NCBI RefSeq assembly: GCF_018977255.1
Contig: NW_024704742.1
Span: 137,828,001 to 137,892,000, forward strand
Length of the DNA: 64,000 bases
Direction: 5' to 3'
DNA from: Callorhinchus milii
Taxonomy: Eukaryota
Shown here in pieces: positions 11,735-23,052 of this stretch (its first letter is position 1; each line of letters begins with the position of its first letter). The translations under genes and the position numbers were made by a program. The notes under the pieces were generated by a model, which did no database searches, had not been told where the DNA came from, and saw only the letters and a program-made list of their open reading frames with translations.

Positions 11735-13830
11735 GTGAGTTGTGTTTTTTTTTCTCTCTTGCCTCTGACTACGCCTCCTGTTTGGTGCCGATTTCACGCC
11801 CAGTGAATCTGTTCGTAAATACATTGAGATGCCAGCTCTAGCTGGCCAGCGATGGATGCAATGGCCACCAAAGGCCTGCTCGCTGGGCAGAGATTTACTG
11901 CTCACAGTGGAATATACACAAGGGTCGGCCTCGGGTGTTGGTGTGTAGATGTGGCCTCGGGTGGTGGGGGAGTCGTAGCGCAGCCCTGGGTGGGCGGGCA
12001 CAGCTTCTGGTTTGTGGCAGAGTGAGAAAGACACAGTTCTGGTTTGTTCTCCACATGCCACAGAAAACCCTGTAAGTTTCCGCAAATATCTTCTGATTCA
12101 TCTTTATATTTCCAGCTGTGGTTGGACAGGTTCACTTAGCCTTTAGCCAGCGGTGAGTGACTCTGCAGCTCTGAAGCTGATAAGCAACCCCCAGTCACCA
12201 GCTTGCCAGCACACTCCACACCTGCTTTCTCACTGCTACCCAATCCCCGTCACAGCTCCTCTCTCTCCTGATCAGCCTCTCACCACTGAATTGCTGGTAA
12301 TTTGGACTCAGGTCAAATTTGGAATTATTGCTTGTTATAAGTAAGCATTTTTTTGCTTCACTGAAGGAGATCAATAATTAGCGTAGTGCTTAGAGCACTC
12401 ACCTCAAAAGCAAGAGGACCACGGTTCAATTCCCGGGCAGGGTGAAACCTTAGGCAAGTTTCCTTACTCCACACGTGTCTGTTTACGTACCAGTCAGTAA
12501 AAACCCAGTTGATAGTCGATTGGAGGATCATTTTCCAGGGATAATAATCTATCCAACCCCAAAAATATTATAATAATAATGTGGTCACCCAATCCACGAC
12601 TCTTTGTGGGACACTGCTGTGCGCAATTGCCTACTGCATTTTGCCCACACAAAACGCAGTCACTGCACTTTACAGTATATTCTGTGAAGCGCTTTGAGAC
12701 TTCTCAATGACCTGATAAGGCGTAATACCAAAGGCAAGGATTATTATTAATATCAACCAGGGTTTGAAGAGACATCTGAAAGAAGACCTTAAGAGGTGTG
12801 TGTATAGGGCACTAAATCGGATTGAGAAAGTAAACTAGAGCAACAGTGAGGGCACAGAGCAGATTTACTTGGATGAATACGGGGTTCAGTGTGGGGTGGA
12901 GTTTGACTGGGTCTATTTGTATTGGTACAGAAAAGATTGAGGTCTTTGCAGTCTGCTTGAAGTCTTGAGAGCAACAAGGATTTGTTCAAGAGAGATGAGC
13001 ACTGAGATGCTACCCCACTTGGAGGGCGCTATATAAGTGCAAGTTGTTGTTGTAAAGTGCCAGAGTACCTCAATCTTCCTGTCCCTGGGTCAGATAATTT
13101 TGGATTCAGGCCCACTTTGGGGACTTGAGCTCACAGTCTAGGCTGACGCTCCAGTGCATCACTGACCTTAAACCCAGCTCCTGTTTGGTTTAAGGTTTCA
13201 GGTGGGAATGTCATTGACCCCACTGGAAATAAAGCAAGTTGTTCCAGTATTCCTCCCTCCCTCCAAACTCTCCAAAAAAAATTAGTTTTTCTCTTTGTTG
13301 CACAAGAGACATTGATGATGCAGAGTAACAAGTCGCCACACTTTAAAGTAACTCGCTATTCTGAGTGTTTTTGAGCTGTTTGACTGCGATCAGCTCCTGC
13401 ATAAAACACAAGCGTTACTGGAGTCTCGTAGCATAGTAGTTAGCGCAAACTGGCAATGTTTGATTCCCGAGCAGGGCGAAACCTTAGCAAGTTTCCTCGC
13501 TTCACACACCTATGTTTACCTAACAGTAAGAGGGAACCCAGTACTTAGTCAATTGGCAGATCGCTTTCCGGGAATAATAATCCCTCTAGTCCCCTCCCGA
13601 CAAAAATTGGTCACTCAATCCACGACACTGCTGTGCACAATTGGCTGCTGCATTTCACCCACAAAATGCAATCCACATTACAATCTATTCCGTGAAGCAC
13701 TTTGAGACATCTCAAGAATTTGATAAGGTGCTATATCAAATACAAGCATTATTATTATTACGGACATGTCTGAATCCTTCATTTTATCCTGCGGCTCACC
13801 TCTCACCCTTGCTCTGATATTTTTGAATAG

Positions 13831-14012
13831 GGAGCCATCGTGGGGCTGATGTCGGGCCTGGCAATGGCTTTCTGGATTGGCATCGGCAGCTTCGTGTCCC
13901 AGAGAGTCCCCGCAGATTCCTTCATAAATGCCACCAGCTTTGCGATCGACAATGGCACTGTGGTCTCCACCATATCCACCGCCGTCCTGACTACCGTGGC
14001 CAACAGCACTGG
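13831..14012 (+). CDS. SLC5A6: SLC5A6 exon, GAIVGLMSGLAMAFWIGIGSF...ANST; extracellular loop with three N-glycosylation sequons (NAT, NGT, NST)
   Basis: gaatag| ... GG|gtgggt; MAFWIGIGS matches human; donor chosen by phase with next exon. Confidence 0.92.
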
Positions 14013-14820
14013 GTGGGTATTACACCAATTCCTGGCAGGGCTTCAGTCATTGTGGGTGGGGTGCGGAGGAGAGAGTGAAATAGAGATTGAGTCTGTGCAA
14101 GGCTAACTTCAGTAGCTGCACACTGGACAGGGGACAACTCTTTCCTCTGGTAACGGGATCTAAAAGAAGGGGGCGCCATCTTAAAATTAGAGCCAGAACA
14201 ATAAGTAATCAGATCAGAGACTTGTGAAAAATCATTCGGTGCTCCAGCACAAAACCAGCCCAGTCTACACTGGTGGTGAACTTCCTCTTCGCCTGTGCCT
14301 TCGGTCATCTTCCCACCACCCACTGCCGTCCACCTCCCCTCACTCTAGCCCCACAGCGTGGGTACAAACCCTCAAGTGTCCAGCACCTTGGGTGTCCTAC
14401 TGACGTGAAAGGCGCTACATAAATCCATTTTGTTGCTGGTGTTGGTTTGCTTCAGGAGTCACCCAGCGGAGCCCCAACACCACCAACACCCCCGTCCCCA
14501 CACACAGACACACGCAAACACACACAATGTTTAATGTTATTTCATTTCTATCATATTCTGTTTAACAAGATTTATAGTCTTTATTTATAGTTTTCCCTGC
14601 ACAGTGAGGCAACAGCTGAGTTAATTTCATGTCAGACAAAAATAGAGGTCGAGGTTAGGCGAATTGGACAAATATTTGAAATAGAAAAATATATGATTGT
14701 GAAAGGCAAAGGCTGGGGAGTGGAACTGAGAGGTTTTCATGGGCTGAATGGCTTCCTGTCTTTGTGATTTTCTCAAATTCTACTCTGTGAGGTCTGTCTG
14801 ACTTTCCTTCTGTTTTCCAG

Positions 14821-14924
14821 TGCCTCGGGGTTGAGGAAGTTCTACTCTCTCTCGTACATGTGGTATAGCGGCTACAACGCTGCCATCGTGGTGGTGGTCG
14901 GGCTCATCGTCAGCTTGTTAACAG
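14821..14924 (+). CDS. SLC5A6: SLC5A6 exon, [34 protein letters not shown]
   Basis: ttccag| ... AG|gtac; FYSLSYxWYS and [10 protein letters not shown] match human. Confidence 0.96.
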
Positions 14925-15049
14925 GTACAGCTCACCCTCTGGCTGACCCCTGGCTCGCTGACAGTAACCTGCGAGCCAGTCCCTCCGTCCTGCTCAATGT
15001 GCTCCTGGTCGTGTGTCGTACACCGTGTGTAAATCTGTGTGTATGCTCC

Positions 15050-17760
15050 CCTCTCTTCCCGAATTGTTCTCTACTCACACAAATCACCCTGGTACACCAT
15101 CCACCTCCGCTCCCTTAAAGCCCAGGCGTGTTATGCTGAGTGCACTTGGCTTAAATCTCTCTGGACCATGTCAAATCCTACCGCTCCGCCCTTGCCTCCG
15201 CTAAATCATCGTTCTTCTTCAAGACAATCTTGGAGGCTAAGGACAACCCCAGGCTCCTCTTCTCCATCACAAACCAGCTCCTCCGCCCACCCTCTCACAC
15301 CGCACCTATCCTCACCTCAAATGCCAACTGCGAGGCGATGCTGGACTTCCTCAAGTCCAAAGTCGAGGGAATCCGCTCAGCTGCCTCTTCCACTGCATCT
15401 GCTACACCCTCCCCATCTCCCCTTCTCACCCCGGCCCCTATCCATCTCTCCCTCCACACCTTTGAACCCATCTCCCCCTCCTCTCTCATCACAACCATAA
15501 CCTGAATGAAACCCACCACCTGCTCCCTCGACCCGATCCCTACCCCCTCCTTACCTCCCAGATCCACCTTCTTGCCCCTCTACTCACTGACATCGTTAAC
15601 CTCTCCCTGTCCTCTGGTGCTGTTCCCACTCCATTAAAAAAGACTGTCATCACTCCTATCCTTAAAAATCCTCCCTCGACCCTTCTTTATTCCCTAACTG
15701 CCATCCCATCTCCAACCTTTCTTTCCTCTCCAAGGTCCTGGAATGCGTTGTTGCTTCTCAGCTTCACTCCTCCCTCTCCCACCACTCTCTTCTCAAAGCT
15801 CTCCAATCGGGTTTCGTGCCGCCACAGCACAGAAACAGCCCTGGTCAAAGTGGCAAATGACATTCTGTCCATCTGCGTCCCTCTGCCTCCTCATCCTCCT
15901 TGACCTCTCGCCTCTCCTCTCACCTCAACTTCCACGGCGCTGTCCTTGATTGGTTCAGATCGTACCTCTCACACTGCCTGCACTTCATCTCCTCAAACAA
16001 CAACAACAACAACAAGATTCCATTTATAAAGCGCCTTTCACGTCAGGAGGACGTCCCAAAGCGCTGCACAGTTGGGTCATGACCCGAGCAGGGGGGAAAT
16101 GGTCAGGGTGAGGGGAGTGAAGGAAGGGAGCAAGGAGGGGGGAAATGGTCAGGGTGAGGGGAGGGAAGGGAGGGAGCGAGGAGGGGGAAGAGAGTCGAGA
16201 GGGGAGCTGAAGGCACGGTCAAAGAGAAAGGTTTTGAGACCGGCCTTGAAGGAGGAAAGGGAGGAAGCAAGGCGAAGGCACTGGGGGATGGAGTTCCAGA
16301 GCCTGGGGGCTGAGAGGCTGAAGGCCCGACCACCGATGGTAGGGCGGTTGGGGTGGGGGACGTGGAGCAGACCAGAGCCAGAGGAACGGAGGGTACGGGC
16401 AGGTAGGTAGGGGGATAGTAGGTTGGAGAGGTAGGAGGGAGCAAGGCCGTGAATGGCCTTGTAGGTGAGGATGAGGATCTTGAAATCAATCCTCTGGGGG
16501 ATGGGGAGCCAGTGGAGGCGAGCGAGGGTGGGAGTGATGTGGTCCCGAAACCTGGTGCGGGACAGTACACGAGCTGCAGAGTTCTGAATGACCTGCAGTG
16601 TGGAGGGAGGGCCGGGAAGGCCGACGAGGAGAGAGTTCCCATAGTCCAGCCTTGAGGTGACAAAGGCGTGGACCAGAGTTTCAGCCGCGTGAGGGGTGAG
16701 GTAGTGCCGTAGTCTGGCGATGTTCCGAAGGTGATGGAAGGCGGTGCCAGTTGTAGTGCGGATGTGAGGGAGAAAGGACAGCTCAGGGTCGAACAAAACG
16801 CCGAGGTTCCTGAAGGCTTTGAGAGGTGGAGAGTGCAGCCTTGGATGCTGATGGTGTCAGCGCCTGAGGTGCGGAGGCGCTGACGTGAGCCAATCAGGAG
16901 GGCCTCGGTTTTTCGCACGTTGAGCTGAAGAAAGTTGTCTCTCGTCCAGGACTCGATGTCGGACAGGCAGCTGTCAGGACATCGGTGGTCGTGGAGTTGA
17001 GAGTAGAGGAGGAAAGGTAGAGTTGGGTGTCATCCGCATACAAACGTTTTCTCCGCTAGGCCCTGGAGACCATCTCGTGCGTCTTTCCTCAGGGCTCTGT
17101 CCTTGGTCCCCTCCTCTTTAATATCCAATATGCTCCCTCTTAGTGATATCATCTGCAGTCATGAGGTCAACTTCCACATGTATGCGGGTGACGCAAAACT
17201 GTATCTCTCTGCCTCCCCCCTTGACTCCAGGACCCACTGCTGTCCCTGACAGAATGTCTGTCAGACATCAAGTCCTGGATGAGAGCGAACATGCTACAGA
17301 TGAATGTCAACAACACCGAGGCTCTCCTGATTGGCTCCCGTCAGCACCTCCTCACCTCAGGCGCTAACAGCATCACCATCCACGGTTGCTCACTCTACCT
17401 TGCTAAGCCAGTCCGGAACCTTGGGGTCTTGTTTGAGCCACAACTATCCTTTCTACCCCACATCTGCACCACGACCCACTCTGCCTTTCCACCTCCGCAA
17501 CATTGCCCAGCTCCTAACCCCCTACCACCCTATTCGCTCCCTCCGCTTGGTGGGTTCCAGCCTGCTTCACGTTCCCCCGCCTTGCTCGCCCCACCATCAG
17601 CGGGCGGGCCTTCCGCTACTCTGCACCCACCCTCTGTAACTCCATCCCGCAGTCCCTCCGCCTCACTCCCTCTCTTACCGCCTTCAAGATCCAACTCAAG
17701 ACCCTCCTCTTCAATTGTGCTTTCGATCACCCCCGCCCCGACCCTCAGCTTGGGTCCTTA
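15050..17760 (+). mobile_element. Older L2 LINE (+) split by a nested L2 insertion
   Basis: EAKDNPRLLFS, TCSLDPIP before the insert; PQGSVLGPLLF, RNLGVLF after 17045. Confidence 0.88.
15999..17040 (-). mobile_element. Younger L2 LINE 3' portion (-), truncated at the YADD motif
   Basis: 215-aa open RT C-terminus (16149-16796); YADDTQLYL at its 5' end; (ttg)n tail; flanking caaac at 15994-15998 and 17041-17045. Confidence 0.93.
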
Positions 17761-18766
17761 AGAACATAAGAACATAAGAATTAGGAGCAGGAGTAGGCCA
17801 TTCGGCCCTTCGAGCCTGTGCCCCGCCATTCAATAAGATCATCGCTGAACTTCAGACCTAACTCTAATTACCTGCCCTATGCCCATATCCCCTAATCTCT
17901 ATTTTTTTTAAATCTATCAGTCTCAGCCTTGAAGATGTTCAAGGACTGAGGGAAGTCATGCTTAACTAATCTTTTAGAGTTTTTCTGAAGATGTATCTAG
18001 CAGGTCAGATAGGGGGGAATCAGTAGATGCGTTACATTCAATGTCCACGTCTAGATCATTGATGTAAATTGTAAATAGCTGAGGCCCAGCACTGATCCTT
18101 GTGGCACTCCACTAGTCACATCCTACCAATTCAAGAATGACCCGTTTATCCCTACTCTCTGTTTTCTACCCATTAGCTTCACTAATCTTTAACCTTTAAC
18201 TGTCTGTCCAGCGCCTTCCGACGTCCTCCTCCGACGTGAAAGGCGTTATACGAATGTAATTTTGTTGTTGTTGTTTTATTAAACGGATAATAAAACGGAT
18301 GTTGTTGTATAACGGATCCCGGGGCCGAGCCAGGGGGAGGGGTGGGGGGAAGGAAGGACCAAAGGCGCGGTCGGAAAGAAAGGTCTTCAGCAGAGACCTG
18401 AAAATAGGCAGAGAGGGAGCGAGACGAAGGGAGTGAGGAAGGCAGTTCCAGAGCCTCGGGGCGTAGTGGCTGAAGGCACAGCCGCCGAGAGTGGAGCGGA
18501 GGACTCATAACCATAACACCATAACCATGTGCGCACAGGACGCCATGTGTAAACGTGTGTGTATTAAGCATCATGTGTAAATGTACGCAGTGTGTGAATG
18601 TGTGTGTATTTCTGCTGTGTGTCACCTCCCTGTGTGCAAAATGACTTCCGCTTCTGCCCACAATAAATAGTCACTACACTTGCTGGAATTATCGCTGAGG
18701 CACTGTAACAAATGCAAGTTCTTTCTCTCTGTTTGAACTTAATCCTGTTCTTTGTGCACAATGCAG

Positions 18767-18888
18767 GCCCGACCAAAGGGAAGGATGTCAATCCATCGAC
18801 CATTGTGCCCGTACTCCACTACCTGCTCTTCTTCCTGCCCCAGAGCTGCAAACAGAAGCTAAGCTGTGGCGTGCGCTATCAGCAGGCG
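18767..18888 (+). CDS. SLC5A6: SLC5A6 penultimate exon, (G)PTKGKDVNPSTIVPVLHYLLFFLPQSCKQKLSCGVRYQQA
   Basis: atgcag| ... GCG|gttagt; human [26 protein letters not shown]. Confidence 0.9.
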
Positions 18889-19174
18889 GTTAGTAGCTGG
18901 GTTCTCTCTCTATCTCTCTCTGTCACTCTGTCTCTCTGTTTGGTCTCTCAATCTCTCCGCCTCACACCTCCCTTGCTGTCTTCCTTTTTGACCATGCCTG
19001 CAGTCACACCTCAGGCTCGGTGTCACACAGGGTCCGAGACGCTACCCCGTGTGAAGGGCGCTGTATACATGTGGATTCTGCCTCGATCATTGAGCCGAAC
19101 CTTTAACAGTAAAAGCAGCACATTTCCTGTGGCTGTTGCTGACCTTGACGTGTGATTGTGTTTCCGGTTGGCAG

Positions 19175-19351
19175 GTCAGTGAGGCCAATGGCCAGGAGAC
19201 TCTGGCACCCATCAAAGAGTGCAACGGGATGGGGGGAGTCAACATCAGGAGAGACAACAAGAACGATCCCGAGATCCCCGACGAGGCTGGGCCGGAGGGG
19301 GCCGGTGAGGTTTGCTGCACGACTGGCATCCTGCACGAGACTTCGCTCTGA
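19175..19351 (+). CDS. SLC5A6: SLC5A6 last coding exon ending GILHETSL* (class I PDZ-binding motif)
   Basis: ggcag|GTC; TGA at 19349-19351; human C-terminus CILQETSL; the 13 exons sum to 1488 nt, in frame. Confidence 0.92.
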   Translation, partial: VSEANGQETLAPIKECNGMGGVNIRRDNKNDPEIPDEAGPEGAGEVCCTTGILHETSL

Positions 19352-19694
19352 GGACAGTTCTATGGACCTGCTGATTTTTTTTAATTCCTCCTGTTTCGTG
19401 GGGGAGGAGGAGGGGTTGTCGGGGGAAGAGATGAACACTGGTAACTTTTTTGCTCTTGAGTTCTGAAGGTAGGAGCTGGCATTCAGGACAAGCTTCTGCT
19501 GCACTGTGGCCACATTGGCTGCTTTATCCAGGGTCTGGGTCTCAGGTACAAGTAGAGAACTGAGGCTTTGCATCTTTGCTGGTTTGGTAGGTGGGTCAGA
19601 ATGGGCGGGTTATGTGCGGGTGAGTGGGGTATGTGAGTGGGTGGGCTATGGGATGCGTGGGTGCAGTATTTGGGTGTTGTGGGGCGAAGTGGGC

Positions 19695-19700
19695 AATAAA
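19695..19700 (+). terminator. Candidate polyadenylation signal AATAAA for SLC5A6 (second candidate 20061-20066)
   Basis: Hexamer seen downstream of the stop; usage unknown. Confidence 0.3.
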
Positions 19701-22415
19701 TGACCGACTAATTTTGTCCATTTGCCAAAAAACTAAAATCTTTACTGGTGATAACCAGTATAATGGAGACCAATGGAAACACATAGAAACCCATAGAAGA
19801 ACCGGCACGGAATCACTGAGTCTGTGCTGATATCTGTACTTTAGGTTCCACACAAGCCTCTACCCTTCCTATCCCTCCTACTCTATTCCCTTCCCCTTGT
19901 ATGCATCACAGACGACTTGGGTTTGAGGAGGTGGGGGGTGGGAAGGAGATTTGCTATCTTGCCATCTTGACCTCTTGCCCACCTCACCTCCCCCGCCCCA
20001 AACCTTCCAGAAGGTCCACTGGACCACTGCTTGGTACCTCTTTACTCTGACCAAGTTACCAATAAACCTGGGACTCTTGTCACATTTCTCGGCTGTACGA
20101 GGGAAGGGGAGTGGGGGAGAATTATCAGGGAGCCCCAGAGTATCTCTCCCCCCCTCCCCCCTCCCAGTAATTATATCACTGTGATTTTTATTGAATTAGT
20201 TTCACTGTTTAATGTTTTTTGGGTAGTTTGATTCGCTGATTAACGCACACAAAGCGACGAGCTCTGACCTTTTTCCCATCGAGTACTATTCAGCTGGTGG
20301 GGACAGGGCTAAGAGTGCTTAAGTGCCATGACAGGCAAAATATACAGGCAGCCTATTTGACCTCATCCTTCCAAAATCACAACACTACTGTCTGCCCATT
20401 TCTTAAGAGTCCAGGCGTTCTGGCTTGGAAACACGTGAGAGTGTTAGTCCAAAGCTAATGTACAGAGAAACAAATATTTCTCTTTGAATTTATTGAAGTT
20501 TCATTTATACTGTAATTTTTCAGAGGAAACTCTGGCGTGTTATGAATAGTTCTCAAGTCCAAACGCGATCATTGTATTTGCTGCTAGGTTTAAGCTAATG
20601 AAACCTTCCCTTTGCAAAGAGTCACAAATAATTTTGCCCACAAAACACACAGGTAATCCACTTTACAGTATATTCTGTGAAGCGCTTTGAAAACATGATA
20701 AGACACTATATCAAATGCAAGGATTATTATAAATACGGTTCCTAAATTGTTACTGAGTATAATTGTAAAGAAATTTATATATTTATATAAATGAATTTAT
20801 ATATATATCAATGTATGTATAGAATTGCACTATTACTTGAGTGTAACATATATCCAGTTGTTCTGACCGTTAAACATTAAGTGTGTAATTGAAGGTATTG
20901 TAACACAATCAAGCGCTCTGCGACACTACCCTGTGGGAAGGGCGCTATATAAATGCTACTTGTGGTTGTGGGTGTGACAGATGAGGTTAGACCCTTCTGC
21001 GGTTAGGATGTTCGCTTGCTGCCGTGCAGTGACTGTACAGTACAGAGAACGCACAAACAGTGAACATACAGTCACTGGATTCCTAAACTGCAGCCAAAAT
21101 GATCGAGTGATGGAGAGAGAGCGAGTGTATTGTGGGATTAGAAAAATGGCTGGTAAATAGCAGGTCCAAAGATACCAGTGTGAGTCACCCTGAACCTCTT
21201 TCCCAGCTGCTGGTTGAACCTTAATTGGCTCCACAGGATGATGCTGAAGTTTGAACAGCAGCCTGAGCCTCACACACTCTCCTGGGATCCACTCTATCCT
21301 GTTAATCTGGTCCTATTGTAGAAATATGGGTTTAGAGCAGAGAGCTCCAGTGGGAAGTGAGCACCAGCACAGACACGATGGGGGGGAGAGAGAGAGAGCA
21401 GGGACTGGGGTTAGAGTAGAGAGCTCCAGTGGGGAACGAGCACCAAATAGGGCTGAATGGCCTCCTATGAAGTACTTTCTATCTTTCTATGAACATTTCT
21501 ATGAAATGGTTCTAAGCACAGAGAGCGATTCTCCTAAAGGAACATTTGCCTGTTTGCAGTTCATTTTAGCCCAAATATCGGATAACTGCATTCAGGAATA
21601 ATTGCCTGTTTGAGACCAATTCAAATTGCACTTGAGATGGGTGTGGGGACGAGTGATATTTTCTTCAGCACTTACTTCAGGTAAGTGGTTTGTTGCACTG
21701 TTAAAAACGAAAAGTAGTTGATGTAATATTAACATCATGCAGGGATGTTGTATTGTGTTCCGAGACTTGTTTGTGAGGTGAGATCTGGACCTCGACTGTG
21801 CTTTGCTTTATAAGAGAGAGGTTTGACTGTAAATGTAATTGTAAGCAAAGCACTGGGGCATTTAACAGCCTTGCTAACACCAGATTCATTGGGTTTATTC
21901 TGCTGTTTCAGTTTCTAATTATACGTTTGAGGTTGTCCTCAGGATATGTCTGGCTTTGTTGTTCACACTTTGGCCTCTGAGTTGGAGGCTTGCGGGTTGA
22001 AGCCTCACTGTCTTCTTTCCTATTGCTCTCCCACTCACTGGCCCGGGCTCACACAGAGATAGTCCCCACGTGGGTGAAGACCTGAAGGCTCTGTGGAACC
22101 GGCCCAGCAGACAGGGGAAGGATAAGAGACTGACACCTTGAGGAAGCTGGGAAGGGAGGTAGCCAGAGGTTTATAAAGCCCTACTGGGAGGAGGAAGAGA
22201 AGCAGAAAGTTACTTTATGCCGTTACAACATTGGTGGGTGGTACATTGTTCAATGTGACTGGAAAATCCTTTAGATACTTTTAGCAATTGGTGTAGATCA
22301 ATTTATTGGGGATTGGCAGGTGTGGGCATAGGGTCACATCATCAGTTGTGTGTTTATAACATAGTCTGATTTGGTTATAACGTGTTATGTGTGTGTTTAT
22401 AATGTGTTGTGTTTA

Positions 22416-23052
22416 CAACAGCAACACAGTTACATTTATAGAGCGCCTTTCATGTTGGGAGGATGTCCCAAGGCGCTGGAAAGTCAGGGGTCAGGGCCCG
22501 AGCATGCGGGAGGAGTGGGGTTGGGGTGAGGGAAGGCAGAGACGTGGGAGGGCGACCGAAGGCACGGTCGAAGAGGAGGATCTTGAGGAGCCTGGTGCGT
22601 GAGAGTACACGAGCTGCAGAATTTTGGATGATCTGTAGATTGTGAAGGGAAGAGTTGGGAAGGTCGATGAGGAGGGAGTTCCCTTAATCGAGCCTTGATG
22701 TGATGAATGTGTGGGTGAGGGTTTGGGCAGCCTGAGGGGTGAGGCAGTGGCGGAGTCTGGCAATGTTGCGGAGGTGGTGGTAGGGAGTGTTGGTCATGGT
22801 GCGGATGTGGGGAGAAAGGACAGTTCAGGGTCAAACAAGACACCCAGGTTCTTGACTGGTTTCGTGAGGTTGAGGTGCAGCCGTGGAGGTTGATGCTGTC
22901 AGTGCCCGAGGTGCGGAGACGCTGGCACAAGCCAATCATAAGGGACTCGGTCTTGCTGACATTCAGCTGGAGAAAGTTGTCCCTCGTCCAGGACTTGATG
23001 TCGGACAGGCAGTCGGTCAGGACCCCAGTAGTTCTGGAGTTGAGGGTGGAGG
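22416..23052 (-). mobile_element. L2 LINE fragment inserted in a degenerate (gtgtgtttataac) tandem repeat
   Basis: L2 tail at the left end, RT-like sequence; tandem repeat on both flanks (22350-22415, 23055-23260). Confidence 0.85.

Noticed and set aside
11309..12085. 258-aa minus-strand ORF
   Set aside because: Antisense to two SLC5A6 exons and intronic repeats; no homology recognised.
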